Assembly: GCA_963737655.1 (NCBI GenBank) | Contig: CAVTTN010000002.1 | Coordinates: 1,984,001 to 2,048,000 of the forward strand | DNA from: an uncultured Planctomycetota bacterium | GTDB lineage: Bacteria; Planctomycetota; Planctomycetia; Isosphaerales; Isosphaeraceae | DNA length: 64,000 nucleotides | Direction: 5' to 3' | Part shown: one piece after another, positions 50,101 through 60,045 of the stretch | Numbering within the stretch: position 1 is the stretch's first letter | How the letters are laid out: each line of letters starts with the position of its first letter | Position numbers and translations under genes: made by a program | Notes under the pieces: generated by a model | Told to the model about the DNA's origin: nothing | Seen by the model: only the letters and a program-made list of their open reading frames with translations | Databases searched by the model: none

Positions 50101-52836
50101 ATGAGCGGGACGGTCAAGACGGACTCCTCGGACTCGGAGGCGGGCGGGCCTCGCGGTCGGCTCTCGGGCGCCGAGGCGTTGGAGATGACCCGGCAGGTCG
50201 CCGGGCTCGTCCGCTCCGGCCTGCCCTTGCCGGCGGGCCTCCGCGCCGTGGCCCAGGAGCTGCCCCGAGGCCGGCTCACGACGGCCCTCCTCACCCTGGC
50301 CGAGGACGTGGAGAGCGGCGAGACCCTGGAATCGGCCCTCGCCAGCCAGGAGCGGAGCATCCCGGCCCCGGTGCGGGGCTTGATCACGGCCGGGGCGAGG
50401 TCGGGCCGGATGGCCGAGGCGTTCGCCCGCCTGCTCGACGCCCAGGAGTTCGAGCACTCGCTCGGCCGGCAATTGTGGTTCTCCCTGATCTACCCGACGA
50501 TGCTGGTGGTCGTCAGCCTGGGCGTCTTCCTGTTCGTGGCGCTGGTCACGGCGGCGGGGTTCTCGAACATCTTCAAGGATTTCGGCCTGGACGTGCCGAT
50601 GGTCACGCTGTTCCTGATGAGGGCGGCGGACTCGGCGAAACAGGTCGGGATCTGGCTGATCCTCGGCCCGCTGTTTGGCGTGCTGCTCTCGGCGCTGGCG
50701 GTGAGGTTCTTCCTCGCGCCGGCGGAACGGTCGCGGATGATCCACCGGATGCCCGTGCTCGGCCCTCTGGCGCGCTCGACGGCCCTGGCCCAGTTCTGCC
50801 CGGTTTTGGCGACCCTGGTGGAGAACGACGTCCCGCTGGATGAGGCGATCGCGATGGCGGGTGAGGCGTCGCGCGACTCGGCGATGGCCGGCGCGGCGAA
50901 GGAGGCGGCGGCGAGGGTGGCGGCCGGCCGATCGCTGGCCGAGGCCGTCCGCGACTGCCCGCCGTTCCCCCCCGGCTTCGACGCCCTCCTCCGCTGGGCC
51001 GAGACCAGCCGCGGCCTCGTGGAGGCCTTGAGGATGTCGGCCGAGACGTTCGAGGGCCGGGCCCGCGCCCAGGCCGCCGCGCTGGCCCGGCTCTGCAACG
51101 TCATGGCGATGGTCATCGTCCTCTGGTGGATCGCCTTGACGGTCGTGGCGATCTTCATCCCGATGCTCGGCCTGCTCAACGCCCTGTCCGGCGGGGGGCC
51201 GCCCGGGTTCATCATCAAGGTCGTCCTCCCGGTGATCTCCTGGGTCGGCGTGGTGATCGCCGCGGCGTCGGTCCTGATCCTGTTCCGGCCCGCGCTCGAA
51301 CGGGTCGTGGCGATGGCCTTCGAGCCGATCCTCCACCGCAAGTCCCCCCTGGGACGCCCCCGGTTCTGGTACTTCGCCCTGGGCGGGTGGCTGGCCCTCC
51401 TCGGCTCGGCCGTGGGGCTGGGGCTCGTCTCGGCGCTGGTCCTGTTCGCCGATCGCGACTGGCTGGGTGATTCTTGGCTCGAATGGTTCGACTTCCTGGC
51501 CCCGATGCTCTTCACCACGCTCGGGATCACGGCCGGGGTGGCGGTCCTGGTGATCCTCGGCGGGACGATCGCCGGGCGACTGGCGAGGCGCCGGGCCTCG
51601 GCGGCGCAGCGAGGAGGCAAGGGCGAGCCGGCCGGTCGGATGGTCGTCCGGCCCCGGGGGTTCCGCTTCGGCCTGCGGCACCTGATGGTGGCGATGGTCC
51701 CGATCGCGTTCCTGATCCTGATGGTGAAGGACTTCGGGCCGTCCCTGCTGGCCGTGGCGGCGCTGGCGTGGCCCCCGGTGCTGATGGTCTCGGGGTTCGT
51801 GGCGGCGGCCAACCGCCGGGACCTGGAGAGGAACTCGCTCCTCCGGGTGATGGCGATCTCGGCCCGGGCCCGGCAGCCTCTGGGGCCGGGGATCGAGGCG
51901 TTCGCGGCGACCTGTCGCGGCGGATATCGCGTCGGGGTCGAGTCGCTGGGCATGCTGTTGGACCGGGGGATCCCGCTGCCCCGGGCGCTGGACCTCGTCC
52001 CCCAGGCGTTGCCGGCCGACGCCGCCCTGGCCGCCCGGGTGGGCTGGAATTCCGGGACGCTCGCCCAGAGCCTGGGCGACGCCGTCGAGAGCGGGGCCGA
52101 GCGACGGCTGGCCCGGGTCGGCTCGGCCGGGTCGATCACCTATCTGTTCGTGGTCCTGGCCGGGGTGGTTGCTGCCTCGATCTTCCTCCTCGGCTACATC
52201 ACCCCGGCGTTCGAGGGGATCTTCAAGGATTACGGGGTGGAATTGCCCGAGCCGGCGCGATCGCTCTCCGAGTTCACCCGGAACGCCGGATCGGGCATGG
52301 TCCCCGCGTGGCTCCGCTCGTCGATCCGGCTGGTCGTGGCCGGGATCGTCCTGGCCTGGCTCCTGACCGTGGACGGCCCCCGGACGGTCCGCGGCTGGCT
52401 CGTGCGATCGAGGCATTCGGCCGTGATCCTCCGCGCCCTGGCCGCCGGGATCGAGCAGGGCCAGCCCTTGCCGGACCTCCTGGACCGGGTGGCCGAGGAC
52501 TATCCCAAGCGGTGGGTCCGGGCCCGGCTCAAGCGAGCCGTGGGGCGGGTCCGCCAGGGCGAGGACTGGGCCGACTCCCTCCGCCGGACCTCCCTGATCC
52601 GCCGAGGGGACGCCGCGTTGCTCCAGGCCGCCGCCCGCGCCGGGAACCTGGCGTGGGCGCTCCGCCAGGTCGCCTCCTCGGCCGAGAGGCGGACGACCTA
52701 CCGCCTCCAGGCCTTCGCCCAGGTCGTCCAGCCCCTGATGATCGCCGCGTTGGGGGCGATCGTCCTGTTCTTCGGCCTGGCCTATTTCCGACCCCTGGTC
52801 ACGGTCCTCGAATCCCTCGCGGGGCCTCAGCTATGA
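50101..52836 (+). CDS. Double-length GspF/PilC family protein
   Basis: Four GspF-like repeats (SGLPL, NDVPLDEAI, QPLGPGI/GIPLPRAL, QGQPLPDLL) with a multi-TM linker. Confidence 0.85.
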   Translation: MSGTVKTDSSDSEAGGPRGRLSGAEALEMTRQVAGLVRSGLPLPAGLRAVAQELPRGRLTTALLTLAEDVESGETLESALASQERSIPAPVRGLITAGARSGRMAEAFARLLDAQEFEHSLGRQLWFSLIYPTMLVVVSLGVFLFVALVTAAGFSNIFKDFGLDVPMVTLFLMRAADSAKQVGIWLILGPLFGVLLSALAVRFFLAPAERSRMIHRMPVLGPLARSTALAQFCPVLATLVENDVPLDEAIAMAGEASRDSAMAGAAKEAAARVAAGRSLAEAVRDCPPFPPGFDALLRWAETSRGLVEALRMSAETFEGRARAQAAALARLCNVMAMVIVLWWIALTVVAIFIPMLGLLNALSGGGPPGFIIKVVLPVISWVGVVIAAASVLILFRPALERVVAMAFEPILHRKSPLGRPRFWYFALGGWLALLGSAVGLGLVSALVLFADRDWLGDSWLEWFDFLAPMLFTTLGITAGVAVLVILGGTIAGRLARRRASAAQRGGKGEPAGRMVVRPRGFRFGLRHLMVAMVPIAFLILMVKDFGPSLLAVAALAWPPVLMVSGFVAAANRRDLERNSLLRVMAISARARQPLGPGIEAFAATCRGGYRVGVESLGMLLDRGIPLPRALDLVPQALPADAALAARVGWNSGTLAQSLGDAVESGAERRLARVGSAGSITYLFVVLAGVVAASIFLLGYITPAFEGIFKDYGVELPEPARSLSEFTRNAGSGMVPAWLRSSIRLVVAGIVLAWLLTVDGPRTVRGWLVRSRHSAVILRALAAGIEQGQPLPDLLDRVAEDYPKRWVRARLKRAVGRVRQGEDWADSLRRTSLIRRGDAALLQAAARAGNLAWALRQVASSAERRTTYRLQAFAQVVQPLMIAALGAIVLFFGLAYFRPLVTVLESLAGPQL

Positions 52837-53258
52837 CGACCCGGAAGCCCCGCCGACGGGGCGTCTTCCTGACCGAGACGATCGCCGCCGGGGTGGCCGT
52901 CGCCGCCGCGATGGCGATCACCCTCCAGTTGCTCTCGTTGACCCTGGCCGTCCGCCGGGACCTCGAACGCCGGGGCTGGGCCCGCGAGGAGGCCGCCAAC
53001 CTGATGGAACGGCTCTCGGCCGTCCCGTTCGACACGCTCTCGACCGACTCGGCCCGAGCCCTGGCCTCGCTCTCGCCGCCGGCCGCGTCGGTCCTTCCCG
53101 GAGGGCGGGTCGAGGTCAAGGTTTCCGAGGCGAAGATCGCCGAGGGGGCCGTCTTGAAACGAATCAACCTGGCGATCGTCTACCGGGGCCCCTCGGGCCG
53201 CGAGGAATCGCCCGTGAGGCTGGCCGCCTGGGTCGCCCGGCGGGGGGAGGGCCGATGA
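52833..53258 (+). CDS. Pseudopilin-like protein
   Basis: RRRG-VFLTE prepilin-like cleavage site and hydrophobic helix; ATGA coupling. Confidence 0.8.
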   Translation: MTTRKPRRRGVFLTETIAAGVAVAAAMAITLQLLSLTLAVRRDLERRGWAREEAANLMERLSAVPFDTLSTDSARALASLSPPAASVLPGGRVEVKVSEAKIAEGAVLKRINLAIVYRGPSGREESPVRLAAWVARRGEGR

Positions 53259-53785
53259 TCGCCCGACATTCCAACCGCCGCCGAGGCGCCACGCTCGTCG
53301 AGGTCATGGCGATGATGGCCGTCCTCCTGATCGTCATGGCGATGGTGGCCCTGTTGATCGAGACCTTGCTGAAGGTCGAGACTTCGGGCCGGCAGGCGAT
53401 CGGCGCCGAGGGGGTGATCTCGAGGGTCTCCGGGGCGTTCCGCAAGGACGTCCGCGCGTTCCCCCGGGCCGAGCTCGCCGGGACGACGTTTTCCTTGCTG
53501 GGCGACCCCGCGAATCGCTCGGTGGAATACACGATCGAGACCGATGCGGTCCTCCGCCAGGAATTCGCCGGCAAGACCCTCGTCCGCCGGGAGAAATTCG
53601 CGCTGTCGAAGCGGTCGGCCCCTCGATTCGAACGGTTCGAATCCTCGGGGAAGCCCCTCTGGTCGCTGGTGTTCGACCGGAGGGCGAGGAAAGGGGAGCG
53701 AGAGTCGATCGCCCGGCCGTTGCGGGTCGAGGCGGCCCTCGGGGCCGACCTCCGGTTCGCCCCGGGCGGGGAGGGGTCGCGATGA
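53255..53785 (+). CDS. Pseudopilin-like protein (GspJ-like)
   Basis: RRRG-ATLVE motif; ATGA coupling. Confidence 0.82.
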   Translation: MIARHSNRRRGATLVEVMAMMAVLLIVMAMVALLIETLLKVETSGRQAIGAEGVISRVSGAFRKDVRAFPRAELAGTTFSLLGDPANRSVEYTIETDAVLRQEFAGKTLVRREKFALSKRSAPRFERFESSGKPLWSLVFDRRARKGERESIARPLRVEAALGADLRFAPGGEGSR

Positions 53786-54201
53786 GGCCCGACCGACGCC
53801 GAAGAGGCGTGGCGATGGTCGCCGTCCTGGCGTGCCTGACCCTCCTCGCCATGGTCTTTTTCACGCTGATGAGGCAGGGGTCGGCCGGCAAGAGGCAAGC
53901 CAGGGCCGAGGAAGACCGCCTGATGGCCGGATGGCTCGCCGAGTCCGCCCTGGACCGGGCCTGGGCCCGCTTGAGGCTCGCGGCCGACTACCCCGGCGAG
54001 ACCTGGGACGTCCCGGCCGAGGAGATCGGCGGTCGGGACGCCGGCCGGGTGGTCATCGCCGTTCAAGCCGTCCCCGGCCAGCCCTCGAACCGCCTCGTGA
54101 CCGCCCGAGCCGATTTTCCCCTCGACGCCACCCGCCGGGCCCGGCAAAGCCGGTCCGCGACGTTTCATGTGGATTCTTCACCTCCCGGAGGCCCGCGATG
54201 A
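53782..54201 (+). CDS. Pseudopilin-like protein (GspK/PilX-like)
   Basis: RRRG-VAMVAVL lacking Glu5; A.WLAES motif. Confidence 0.75.
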   Translation: MRPDRRRRGVAMVAVLACLTLLAMVFFTLMRQGSAGKRQARAEEDRLMAGWLAESALDRAWARLRLAADYPGETWDVPAEEIGGRDAGRVVIAVQAVPGQPSNRLVTARADFPLDATRRARQSRSATFHVDSSPPGGPR

Positions 54202-55046
54202 CCGCCCGACCGACTCCTCGCCCGTCCCGGGCATTCACCTTGATCGAGCTCCTGGTGGTGATCGCCATCATCGGCGTCCTGATCGCCCTGTTGCTGCCGG
54301 CGGTCCAGGCGTGCCGGTCGGCGGCCCGGAGGATGAACTGCGTGAGCAACATGATGCAGGCGGCCATCGCCCTGGAGAACTACGAGAGCAGCTTCGAGAG
54401 CCTGCCGCCCGGAGTCGTCAACGCCTCGAGCCCGATCTCCAACACCAAGTCCGGCTATCACATGGGTTGGATGGTCCAGGTCCTGCCCTTCCTGGACCAG
54501 AAGCCGGCGTTCAACCACACGAACTTCGCGATGGGCGTTTATGCGCCGGAGAACACCAGCGTCCGCTCGGTCCTGATCGCCTCGTATCTCTGCCCGGCCG
54601 ACCCCGAGGCCCGGACGCCCTCGGCCGAAGGGCTGGCCCGATCCAGCTTCGTCGGCTGCCACCACTCCGTCGAGGCCCCGATCGCCGACACGAACGATGG
54701 CGTCCTGTACCTCAACAGCCGGGTTCGCACCGAGGACATCGAGGACGGCGCCTCCCAGACGCTGCTCTTCGGCGAAGCCAAGACCGAGTCGGGAACGCTG
54801 GGCTGGGCCTCGGGCACGAGGGCCACGCTCCGCAACACCGGAACGGGGGTCAACGGCCTGCCTCCGCTGGTCTCCAAGGCCAACACGGACCCCGTCGGCG
54901 GCTTCTCCAGCTACCACGCCGGAGGGTCCAACTTCGCGTTCTGCGATGGCTCCGTGCGCTTCCTCAAGAATACGACGAATTCGAACATCCTCGGCAAGCT
55001 GGCGAACCGCAAGGACGGCCAGCTCCTCAGCGACGGTTCTTTCTGA
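54198..55046 (+). CDS. DUF1559 prepilin-type protein
   Basis: [47 protein letters not shown]. Confidence 0.95.
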   Translation: MTARPTPRPSRAFTLIELLVVIAIIGVLIALLLPAVQACRSAARRMNCVSNMMQAAIALENYESSFESLPPGVVNASSPISNTKSGYHMGWMVQVLPFLDQKPAFNHTNFAMGVYAPENTSVRSVLIASYLCPADPEARTPSAEGLARSSFVGCHHSVEAPIADTNDGVLYLNSRVRTEDIEDGASQTLLFGEAKTESGTLGWASGTRATLRNTGTGVNGLPPLVSKANTDPVGGFSSYHAGGSNFAFCDGSVRFLKNTTNSNILGKLANRKDGQLLSDGSF

Positions 55047-55063
55047 GGGCTCGGACCCACGCC

Positions 55064-55148
55064 GGGTGGCATGCCCACGTCTTCGTGGGCATGTCTTCGG
55101 TCAGGTTTGAACCGAAGACATGCCCACGAAGACGTGGGCATGCCACCC
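55064..55148. repeat. REP doublet (GTGG family), copy 2
   Basis: 38-bp inverted repeat GGGTGGCATGCCCACGTCTTCGTGGGCATGTCTTCGGT, homologous to 7075-7167, between convergent genes. Confidence 0.9.
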
Positions 55149-55171
55149 AGAAGGGAACCCTCGGGGGGCGT

Positions 55172-58100
55172 TCAATCACCGCCCGAGGGTTCGGCGAGCT
55201 TCTTTCGGGCCTCGTCAAGCCTTCGGAGGACCTCGGCGGCGTGCTCGTCCTTGGGGAACTCCTTCGCGGACTTCTCGAAGACGTCCACGGCGTCGGTCCA
55301 CCGGCCGAGGAGTCCGTAGACCTTGCCCGCTTCCAGGAGGGCCAGGGCCCGCCACTCGGGGGAGCGATAGGAGAGGTCCGTCTTGTGGAACTCGCGGAGG
55401 GCCTCGTTGTAGTTCTTTTGATGCAAGTACGTCTCGCCCCTCATCCACTGGGAGCGGGCGGCGAGGTCCGAGCGGGGGGCGGCGGCGATCGCGGCGTTGA
55501 AGGCGAGCCGGGCCTCGTCGAACCGGGCCCTCATCTGGAGGCACCGGCCCCGGGCATAGTCGAGCTCGGCCATCTGGGCGAGCCGGGGCTGGTCTTTCTT
55601 GAGCGCGTCGGCCTCCGAGAGCGCATCGTCCCAGCGTTCGGCGGCGATCAGGCATTCGACCCGTCTCAGGCGGGCCAGGGGGGCCCATTTCGCCGATTCG
55701 GGGCCGGTCTCGGCGGCGATGGCCGCGAATTTGGCCTCGGCCGTCGCGGGGTCTCCGGCCTTCAGGGCGGCCTCGGCCTGGCCGAACCGGGCCTCGGCGG
55801 CGTGGGGGCCTTGGGGGAAGTCCTTCGCGAGCCGATCGAACCGCCGGGCCGCCGCCGGGGCGTCCCCCCGGGCCAGCTCGATCCGGGCGAGGCGGAGCAG
55901 GGCGGCCTGGACGAGCTCGAGATCGGCCTTCGACCCCTCGGCGACCACCGGTTCGAGCAGGGCCGCGGCCTCCTCGGGCTTGCCCGAAGCCGCGAGCGAC
56001 TCGCCCAGGAACACGCGGGCGTCGGCGCCTCGGGGGCCGTCGCCGAACTCGTCGAGGACGCGACGGAACGCCGAGTCGGCCTCCGCCGGCTTGCCCGAGT
56101 CGTGCAGGGCCCAGCCGTATTCGACGAGGATCTCGTCGAGGGCCGTCGTTCCGGGCTCGGCCTTCGGGTGGGCCTCCAGATACCGGGCGAACGCGGAGGC
56201 CGCCTCGGCGGGCTTGTTGAGTTTCGCCAGGAGACGGGCCCCGGCCAGCCCGGCGGGATCGGCCTGCGGCGATTTGGGATACTTCTCGCGGACGATCCCC
56301 AGGGCGGCGAGCGCCTCGTCGGCCTTGCCGGACGCCTCCAACGCCCGGGCCCGGGCCAATGCGGCGTCGGGGGCGAGCGGGTCGTCGGGCGCGGCCTCCA
56401 GCAGGGCGGCGAACGTCCCGGCGGCGGCATCGGGATGGCCGCCTCGCAACTGGCTCCAGCCGAGGCCGGACAGGGCCCGGGCCGACCATTTCGCCTCCTT
56501 CGCCTCGACGACCGGGCCGAACAGGGCGGCGGCATCGTCGAACTTCTCGGCGTCCAGCGCCTTTTCGGCGAGGATCAGGCGGGTCCGGGCCAGCGATTCA
56601 CTCTTCGGCCAGCCTTCGGCGAGCCGATCGAGGGCGGCCCTTGAGGCGTCGTCCTGGCCGAGCTCATGACGAGCCAGGGCGAGATACGCCAGCGCCTGGG
56701 CGGCTTCGTCCCCCTTGGGCCGGGAGGCGAGGAAGCCGTCGAAACTCTCGGCCGCCTCGGCGTACTTCTTCGCCTCGAACCGATTCAGGGCCAGGGCGAA
56801 CCGGGCGTCGGCCGCCGAGGAAGAGCCCGGATCTTTGGCCAGCGACGCCATGACCTCCGCCGCTTTCTCCGCCTGGCCGTCGGCCTTGTAGGCCAGGCCG
56901 AGCGCGAAATTCGCCGAGTACGCCACCTCCGGCCCCGGCCGGTCTTCGGCCAGGAGGGCCCGGAAAATCGCGATCGCCTCGCGAGGATGACCCGAGGTCC
57001 TGGCCGCCTGGCCCAGGATCAGATGAGCGTCGGCCCGCAGGGGGCTGCCGGGGAACCGCCGGCCGAACTCCTCGTCGAGGGCGGGCACGGCGGCGAAATC
57101 GCGGAGTTCCAGCGCGGCCCTCATGGCCCGGACCATCGCCGAGGCCGCCCAGGAATCCTCGCCCCGGGCGACCTGGAGGAACCGCGTCCGGGCGTCGTCG
57201 AGCTTGCCGAGGGCCTGGAGCGCCTCGGCCGATCGGTACTGGAGGCGGGGGGCCCAGGGGGAATCGGGATGGCGGCGGATCGCCTGGTCGCAGACCGCCA
57301 GGGACTCGGCCGGCTTCTTCGCGTCCCGGAGCGACCCGGCCAGGGCCAGGGCCGAGGGCGGCGCGATCCCCCGATTGCCCGTCTCGGCCAGCGGGGCGAG
57401 GATCGCCTGGGCCTCGTCGCGACGGCCCAGGCGGATCAGGGCCTCGGCCTTCCTCAACCGGGCCTCGGCGACGACCGAGGGCGGGGCGTTGGGCGCGTCC
57501 ACGGCGTCATACGCGGCGATCGCCTCGACCATCTTTCCCTGAGCGGCGAGGCCCTGGCCCATCTGGAATCGGGCCCGGGCCGAGTATTCCGGGTCGCCGC
57601 CGCGGGCGAGTTCCGCCAGGGTCTGGCTCGCCGAGGCGCCGTCCCCCAGGTCGGCCAGGGCCTGGGCCAGGTGGAGCCGGGACCAGTTGGCCAGCCGTCC
57701 GTTGGGGTCTTTGGCCAGGGCCGTCTCGTAGGCGGCCTTCGCCGAGGCCGGGTCATTCAGGCCGAGGCAGGAGTCCCCCAGCTCGGGCCAGGCGGTGTCT
57801 CGATGGGCCCCGTCGGGGTATTTCTCGGTGTAGGCCGAGAGGGCCTTCCGCGCGGCGGGGTAGTCCTTCATCAGATACGCGGACTCGCCCAGCCGGAACA
57901 GGGCGGTCGGGCGCCGGGATGGTCCGGGGCGAGGCGGAGGAACTCCTCGAACTCGGTCCTCGCCCCGGCAAACTTCTGCTGGAACAGGAACGCCCGTCCG
58001 AGGCCGAAGTGGGCCTCGGCCGCCTCTCGAGGCGGGAGCGCCGCCTTCAGGAGCCGGGCGAATTCCTCGGCCGCCAGGTCATACCGACGGTCCCTCAGCA

Positions 58101-58239
58101 GCCGGTTGGCGAATTCCAGGGACTCGGGGGCCGCCGGGTCATCCGCCCGGAGGGTCCCCGCGATCCCCGGACCGAGCAGGAGGAAGGCGCCGAACCCGAG
58201 GACAACGTCCCGGACTCGCAAGGGCTGGCCGATCGGCAT
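55172..58239 (-). CDS. Large exported TPR-repeat protein (frameshift near 57910)
   Basis: Signal peptide and many TPR units with (Y/F/H)P.S/G..A motifs. Confidence 0.85.
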
Positions 58240-58677
58240 GGGTCCGTCTCCCGGGACTGCGGCGAGGTGGGGCGATCCGACCGCGACGGGTCGATCCGAC
58301 CCCTCCGTCGCCATCCTATATACCTACCGAGGGGGTCGGCCCGCCCTCAATTCCGATCCTCGGGCCTCCGGAATTTGGCCCCTCATCGGAATCTATCGGC
58401 TAAACTCGCTTGATCCCCCGGCCCACCGGCGATTCTTGACCGGGATTCCTTTCCCACGGCGCGGAGATTGCCCAAATTTCGGAAAATCCCTTGCGAGGGG
58501 GCGGATCGTGCGGTAATCTCCGGTCAGGTCATCCAGTTTCCAGAGATTCTGCAAAATTCCCAAAGCCCCCAAGCGGCGATGCCGTATCTTTGAGGGAACC
58601 CCGGTCGGCGTCGGTTACATGGGTCCGATGCGGGTCCGTTGGGCAGAGTTTGTCCGCAATCACCAGGAGTGACCCCG

Positions 58678-59097
58678 ATGATCAGCCGTCGCGTTTTGGG
58701 CGCCGTGGCCGCCACGTTCGCCCTCGGCCTGGGCTCGGCTCAGGCGCAGACCGCCCAGACCCCGGGCAAGACGATGCCCGAGGCCCAGGCCCCGACCAAG
58801 ACCATGCCGGCCGCCGTCGCCCCGACCAAGGCGATGCCGGTCGCCCAGGCCCCGACCAAGACCATGCCGGCCGCCGTCGCCCCCACGAAGGCGATGCCGG
58901 TCGCCCAGGCCCCGACCAAGACGATGCCGGCCGCCGTCGCCCCGACCAAGACGATGCCGGCGGCCCAGGCCCCGACCAAGACCATGCCGGCCGCCATCGC
59001 CCCCGCCAAGACGATGCCGGCGGCCCAGGCCCCGACCAAGACCATGCCGATGACCCCGGCCAAGACCCTGCCGGAGTCCCAGGTCCAAGTTAAGTAA
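58678..59097 (+). CDS. Secreted decapeptide-repeat protein
   Basis: ATG after AGGAG; signal ...GSAQA; nine K(T/A)MPxAxAP(T/A) repeats. Confidence 0.85.
   Translation: MISRRVLGAVAATFALGLGSAQAQTAQTPGKTMPEAQAPTKTMPAAVAPTKAMPVAQAPTKTMPAAVAPTKAMPVAQAPTKTMPAAVAPTKTMPAAQAPTKTMPAAIAPAKTMPAAQAPTKTMPMTPAKTLPESQVQVK
58768..59070 (+). repeat. 30-bp coding tandem repeat with a 60-bp higher-order period
   Basis: AAGACSATGCCGG...GCCCCGACC units alternating between Gln and Val/Ile variants. Confidence 0.9.
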
Positions 59098-59141
59098 TCG
59101 GACTCGCCCAGCGGATGGCGGCGGAAGAACGATCCATGACC

Positions 59142-59174
59142 AAGCCCCGCCCGGATTTCGGGCGGGGCTTTTTT
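59142..59174 (+). terminator. Rho-independent terminator
   Basis: AAGCCCCGCCCG-GATTT-CGGGCGGGGCTT followed by a T tract. Confidence 0.88.
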
Positions 59175-59526
59175 CGTCGCCCGCGCCGATCGCCCGCCGG
59201 GTCGGCCGGTATGCTCTGGCCATCTCGCTCGAGACGGGTTAGATTGGGCGGGAAGAGGCCGTCGGGCCCGCGATTCGCGGGGCATCGAACCGAGGGCGAA
59301 CCCCCCGACGGACCCCCAGGGTGGACGATCGCCCTCGGCCCCCCCGTCCCTCCCGAACCGCCCCGGTCCCGACGAGGACCGGCCCGTGCCGGCCCGAGGC
59401 TCTCGGGCGGACGGCCCGAGGCCCGTCTCTCCCGGTGGGGCGGCATCGTCCGATTCGATCGATCGAGTGACGTCCCGCCTTTGTCCCGTCTTGTCGCGAG
59501 CCACGCGGAAGGAGCGATCGCCCGCC

Positions 59527-59817
59527 ATGAGGATCTACGTCGGTAACCTTGATTATTCGATGACTTCGGACGACCTGCGGGCCCTGTTCGAGCCGTTCGG
59601 CGAGGTCGCCTCGGCCGAGGTCCAGGTCAAGAGCCGGACCGGCCAGTCCCGGGGCTTCGGCCTGGTGGAGATGCCCAACGACGTCCAGGCCGACGCCGCC
59701 ATCGCCGCCTTGAACAACGCCGATCACCGAGGGCGACCGCTGACGGTCAACGAATCCCGACCCCGCCGGACCGTCCGCGACCAGTACGCCGGCGGCTGGT
59801 TCGGCTCGGGCCGCTGA
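59527..59817 (+). CDS. RRM RNA-binding protein
   Basis: RNP2 IYVGNL, RNP1 RGFGLVEM, GRPLTVNESRP. Confidence 0.95.
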   Translation: MRIYVGNLDYSMTSDDLRALFEPFGEVASAEVQVKSRTGQSRGFGLVEMPNDVQADAAIAALNNADHRGRPLTVNESRPRRTVRDQYAGGWFGSGR

Positions 59818-60045
59818 TCTCGGCGCCTCGCGGCCGGTTTCCGCCCGAGCCGGGCCCGGAGCCGGGCCCGCTGCTCGCGCGGCCGAAGTCCCGGCGTCGC
59901 CCGGCCTTCGGGCCCCTTCGAGGCGACGATCTCCGACCCTCTCCCTCGATCGACTCGGGGGAGGGGGCTTCTCCCGACCTCGCTCCCCCCATCACTTCTC
60001 GGGCCCTGGGCCTTCCTCTAGCCCCCTCGCGAGGCCGCGCGGATC

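Noticed and set aside
9647..57871. Numerous long Arg/Gly/Pro-rich antisense or alternate-frame ORFs
   Set aside because: They are shadow ORFs of high-GC coding regions and have no domain motifs.
58678..59097. Multi-core RiPP precursor or CRISPR-like repeat
   Set aside because: There are no neighbouring modification enzymes or peptidases, and the repeats are contiguous and in frame, with synonymous variation and no spacers.
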